From Terrimicrobiaceae bacterium (GTDB taxonomy: Bacteria > Verrucomicrobiota > Verrucomicrobiia > Chthoniobacterales > Terrimicrobiaceae): DNA of 64,000 nucleotides. The translations under genes and the position numbers were made by a program. Location: the NCBI GenBank assembly GCA_041752695.1, contig JBGSVZ010000035.1, forward strand, positions 96,001 to 160,000, in the 5' to 3' direction. Positions 60,876-64,000 of this stretch are shown piece after piece; the first letter of the stretch is position 1; each line of letters begins with the position of its first letter. Under the pieces are notes generated by a model that ran no database searches, was not told the DNA's origin, and saw nothing but the letters and a program-made list of their open reading frames with translations.

Positions 60876-62711
60876 GTGAACACCTCTCTCCGCTGCCAGT
60901 CGTTTTCGGCCGCCGCTTTTGGACTGCTTTCTCTCAGCCCATTTTTTTCGGCGGACGTGTCCGCGCAGTCCTACGCGATCACCTATCTGGGCGCCCTGTC
61001 CTCCAGCCACAACAGCGCCGCGCTGTCGGTCAATTCCCGGGGCGACGCGGCCGGGACTTCTTCGGCGGGTGAGGAATCCCGGGCGTTTCTTTTCACCGCA
61101 GACGGCAAAATGACCGATCTCGGCGTACTGAAGCGTTATGCCCGCTCCGAGGGGATTTCGGTCAACGACTCCGGCCAGGTGGCAGGGTTTTCCAGCCGCA
61201 CGGAGAACACCGAAACGGTTTCCCAGGCGTTTTTGCAGAAAGGACGAAAACTCGACGCTCTCGGGTTTCTTCCCGGCCCGGCGTCCTCGACCGCCAGCGC
61301 CGCGAACAACAGTGCCGTGGTGGTGGGAGAGTCGGGAGGGATTGCCTTCCGGTTCGCAGGCAACCGCATGAACAGCCTCGGTACACTGCCCGGGCAAAGC
61401 ACCAGCCGGGCCGGAGCAATCAACAACTCGGGCGTGATCGCAGGCAATTCCGGGGCGCGGCTTTTCCGCTCGTCCGGAGAAACCCTCACGGATCTGGGAC
61501 AGCCCGCCGGCGCCGTTTTCCTTGAGGCCAATGGCATCAATGGATCCAATGAGATCGTGGGAGTATATCGGCTCACCGAAGACGGCGAAGACCAGGCGTT
61601 TTTTCACGCCACCAGCAATTACACCAACCTCGGCAGCCTCGGGGGCGGTGCGGTGGCCCACGATATCAATAATGCCGGACAAATCGTGGGGACTTCGGCG
61701 AATCGGGCGTTTCTCTCCAAGAGCGGCGTGATGACCGATCTCAACACCCTCGTGACCCTCGTCTCGGGTACGACGGAGCCGGGGTTCACGGAACTGACCC
61801 GCGCCCTTTCCATCAACGACGCAGGGATTATCGTCGGCGATGGCCGGTATCGCAATGCGGCGGGAACGATCCGCTCCCGGGCTTTTCTGCTCACGCCCAT
61901 TCCCGCGGGCAGCTCGGTCGCACCCGTGATCACGCCCGAGACCGGCGACTATCAGAGCACGGTCATTGTCAGCATCACCCAGACGGGGACAACCGGCGTG
62001 ACCCGCTACACGACCAATGGGGCCGATCCGACGGAATCATCCCAGATTTATACGGGGCCGTTTATCGTGGACGCGTCCCGGAGCATCAAAGCCCGGACCT
62101 TTGTCCCGGAGACCCCTCCGAGCACTGTCGCGCTGGCCCGCTATACCATCACTCCGGCGCTGACCACCACGGCCCTCCCCGCGATTTCGCCTTCGGCCGG
62201 CACCTATCCGTTGACGGTCACCGTGACTATGACCTGCCCCACCCCAGGCGCGATGATTCGCTACACGATTAATGGCACAGATCCGACCGTGGCCTCGAAT
62301 CCCTATACGGAACCCTTTGTGCTCCGATCATCCGCCACGGTGAAAGCGCGGGCCTTCTCCACCGGCCGCGCGCCCAGCCCGCCGGCCTCGGTTCCTTATG
62401 TGGTCACGGCCACGAATCCCAATTTTGTCGCCACTCCCAAAATCAAACCGGAAGCGGGCGAATTTCTCACCTCGGTGCGGGTGAAGATTTCTTGCGCCAC
62501 GGCGGGGGCGAAAATTTTCTACACCGTGGATGGAACGGATCCCACGACCGTTTCCCCGACGTACTCGAAGGCCTTTACCCTCACCGAGACAACCACCGTC
62601 AAGGCAAAGGCGTATTCCGGGCCGCATCCGAGTGAAATTGCCACGTCGACTTTCACCAAAGCCCCCGAGCCCACTCCGACGCCGGAACCCACGCCGACGC
62701 CCGAGCCTTAA
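60876..62711 (+). CDS. Secreted protein with HAF repeats and three FN3-associated (chitobiase C-terminal-like) domains
   Basis: Repeats A..IN..GQIVG..AFL....MTDLG; three RYT.NG.DPT units; PEPTPT tail. Confidence 0.85.
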   Translation: MNTSLRCQSFSAAAFGLLSLSPFFSADVSAQSYAITYLGALSSSHNSAALSVNSRGDAAGTSSAGEESRAFLFTADGKMTDLGVLKRYARSEGISVNDSGQVAGFSSRTENTETVSQAFLQKGRKLDALGFLPGPASSTASAANNSAVVVGESGGIAFRFAGNRMNSLGTLPGQSTSRAGAINNSGVIAGNSGARLFRSSGETLTDLGQPAGAVFLEANGINGSNEIVGVYRLTEDGEDQAFFHATSNYTNLGSLGGGAVAHDINNAGQIVGTSANRAFLSKSGVMTDLNTLVTLVSGTTEPGFTELTRALSINDAGIIVGDGRYRNAAGTIRSRAFLLTPIPAGSSVAPVITPETGDYQSTVIVSITQTGTTGVTRYTTNGADPTESSQIYTGPFIVDASRSIKARTFVPETPPSTVALARYTITPALTTTALPAISPSAGTYPLTVTVTMTCPTPGAMIRYTINGTDPTVASNPYTEPFVLRSSATVKARAFSTGRAPSPPASVPYVVTATNPNFVATPKIKPEAGEFLTSVRVKISCATAGAKIFYTVDGTDPTTVSPTYSKAFTLTETTTVKAKAYSGPHPSEIATSTFTKAPEPTPTPEPTPTPEP

Positions 62712-62793
62712 TGCGGCGGCGTATTTGGGCCGCGCCTGACTTCGGAATGTTTTTTACAATCCAGGCGGAGCGGTGTTTTCTCCCGGTTCTTCC

Positions 62794-63972
62794 ATGAGCA
62801 CGCTCACTTCTCTCTATCACGAATATGTCATGCCGACCTATGGGCGGTTTGATCTGGACATCGCCCGGGGAGCCGGCGGGAAGGTCTGGGATTTTGCAGG
62901 GCGAGAGTATCTGGATTTCGGCGCGGGCATTGCGGTGTGTTCGTTGGGTCATGCCCATCCGGAAGTGACGGACGCCGTGACCAAACAGGCCTCCACCCTG
63001 GTCCACACCTCGAACCTCTACCGCACCCAGCCGCAGGCCGAACTGGCAAAACGGCTGGTCGAAATCACCGGGCCGGGGAAGATTTTTTTCTGCAACAGCG
63101 GGGCGGAGGCCAACGAGGGGCTCATCAAAATCACGCGCAAGTTCGGCAGCGAGACCGGACGGTATGAGACGATTACGTTTCAAAATTCCTTCCACGGCCG
63201 CACCATGGCGGGCATCTCGGCCACGGCTCAGGAAAAGGTGAAAAAAGGCTTTTCGCCTTTGCTGGAAGGGTTTGTGCATCTGCCCTACGGCGACCTCGCC
63301 GCAGTGCGCGCGGCCGTGGGTCCAAAAACGGCCGCCATCCTGGTCGAACCGGTCCAGGGCGAGGGCGGCATCCATATTGCCACGGCGGAATTTTTGCGGG
63401 GACTGCGGGAGATCTGTGACGAACACAATCTGCTTTTGCTGTTTGATGAGATTCAATGCGGACTCGGGCGCACCGGGGATTGGTGCGGCTGGAAAAGTGT
63501 CGCCCCCGACGTGATGCCCGATGGGGTGAGTTGGGCGAAGGGCATTGCCAACGGATTCCCCCTGGGCGCCTTCTGGGCCTCCACCTCGCGCGGCTTGTCG
63601 GACTTGCTCGGGCCTGGCACGCACGGAACAACCTACGGCGGTAATCCGGTTTCCTGCGCCGCGGGCTTGAAAGTGCTCGAGATCATCGAACGCGACGGAC
63701 TGGTGGAATCTGCAACCAGCCTCGGCACGCGTCTGCGCGATGGACTGCTGGCTTTGCAAAGCCCCAAAATCCGCGAAGTCCGCGCGCTGGGCCTGATGAT
63801 CGGCATCGAACTCGTGGACGGCGTCGCGGCGCTTGATGTGGTGAAAGCGTTGATGGCGGACGGGCTCCTGACCATTCCGGCAGGTGACCGCGTGGTGCGC
63901 CTGCTTCCTCCGCTCAATGTCAGTCCGGCAGAAATCGACGAAGCGCTGCTCCGTATCGGGCGGGCGCTGTAG
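62794..63972 (+). CDS. argD: Acetylornithine aminotransferase (class III PLP)
   Basis: FCNSGAEANE, SFHGRT, EPVQGEGG, DEIQCGLGRTG, HGTTYGGNP. Confidence 0.92.
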   Translation: MSTLTSLYHEYVMPTYGRFDLDIARGAGGKVWDFAGREYLDFGAGIAVCSLGHAHPEVTDAVTKQASTLVHTSNLYRTQPQAELAKRLVEITGPGKIFFCNSGAEANEGLIKITRKFGSETGRYETITFQNSFHGRTMAGISATAQEKVKKGFSPLLEGFVHLPYGDLAAVRAAVGPKTAAILVEPVQGEGGIHIATAEFLRGLREICDEHNLLLLFDEIQCGLGRTGDWCGWKSVAPDVMPDGVSWAKGIANGFPLGAFWASTSRGLSDLLGPGTHGTTYGGNPVSCAAGLKVLEIIERDGLVESATSLGTRLRDGLLALQSPKIREVRALGLMIGIELVDGVAALDVVKALMADGLLTIPAGDRVVRLLPPLNVSPAEIDEALLRIGRAL

Positions 63973-64000
63973 GATGGGTCGGGCTGATTGTTCCGCCTAT

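Overview
Bacterial chromosome segment, most likely Verrucomicrobiota (inferred from the PEP-CTERM protein, PVC-type intergenic repeats and integrase style). It has four parts. (1) 1-14.4 kb is carbohydrate/organic-acid cargo: a PEP-CTERM protein, a propeller plus six-hairpin glycosidase fusion, and an 11-gene minus-strand catabolic cluster with two enolase-superfamily dehydratases, an SDR, 2-oxoacid dehydrogenase E1a/E1b/E2, an ACL/CCS-like CoA ligase with citryl-CoA lyase, and a two-subunit Fe-S hydro-lyase. (2) 14.4-22.5 kb is a decayed zone: group II intron remnant, broken di-heme cytochrome c protein, Wadjet type II jetC/jetD-like fragments, an intact HU gene, an IS1380-like pseudogene, a 309-bp tandem duplication and phased repeats. 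(3) 22.5-33.4 kb is an AT-richer integrative-element arm ending in excisionase plus tyrosine integrase at the 3' end of tRNA-Leu(CAA). It carries a DUF5131 radical-SAM-like fusion divergent from a translationally coupled operon of two Cas4/RecB-like PD-(D/E)XK nucleases and an AAA+ ATPase, which is the best candidate for an undescribed system. (4) 33.5-64 kb is GC-rich core genome: nfeD-floA, rsbU/W, a LacI sugar cluster, glpFKD, a split class III RNR, pta-ackA, PFOR and argD. All assignments come from motif recognition by eye; no searches were run.
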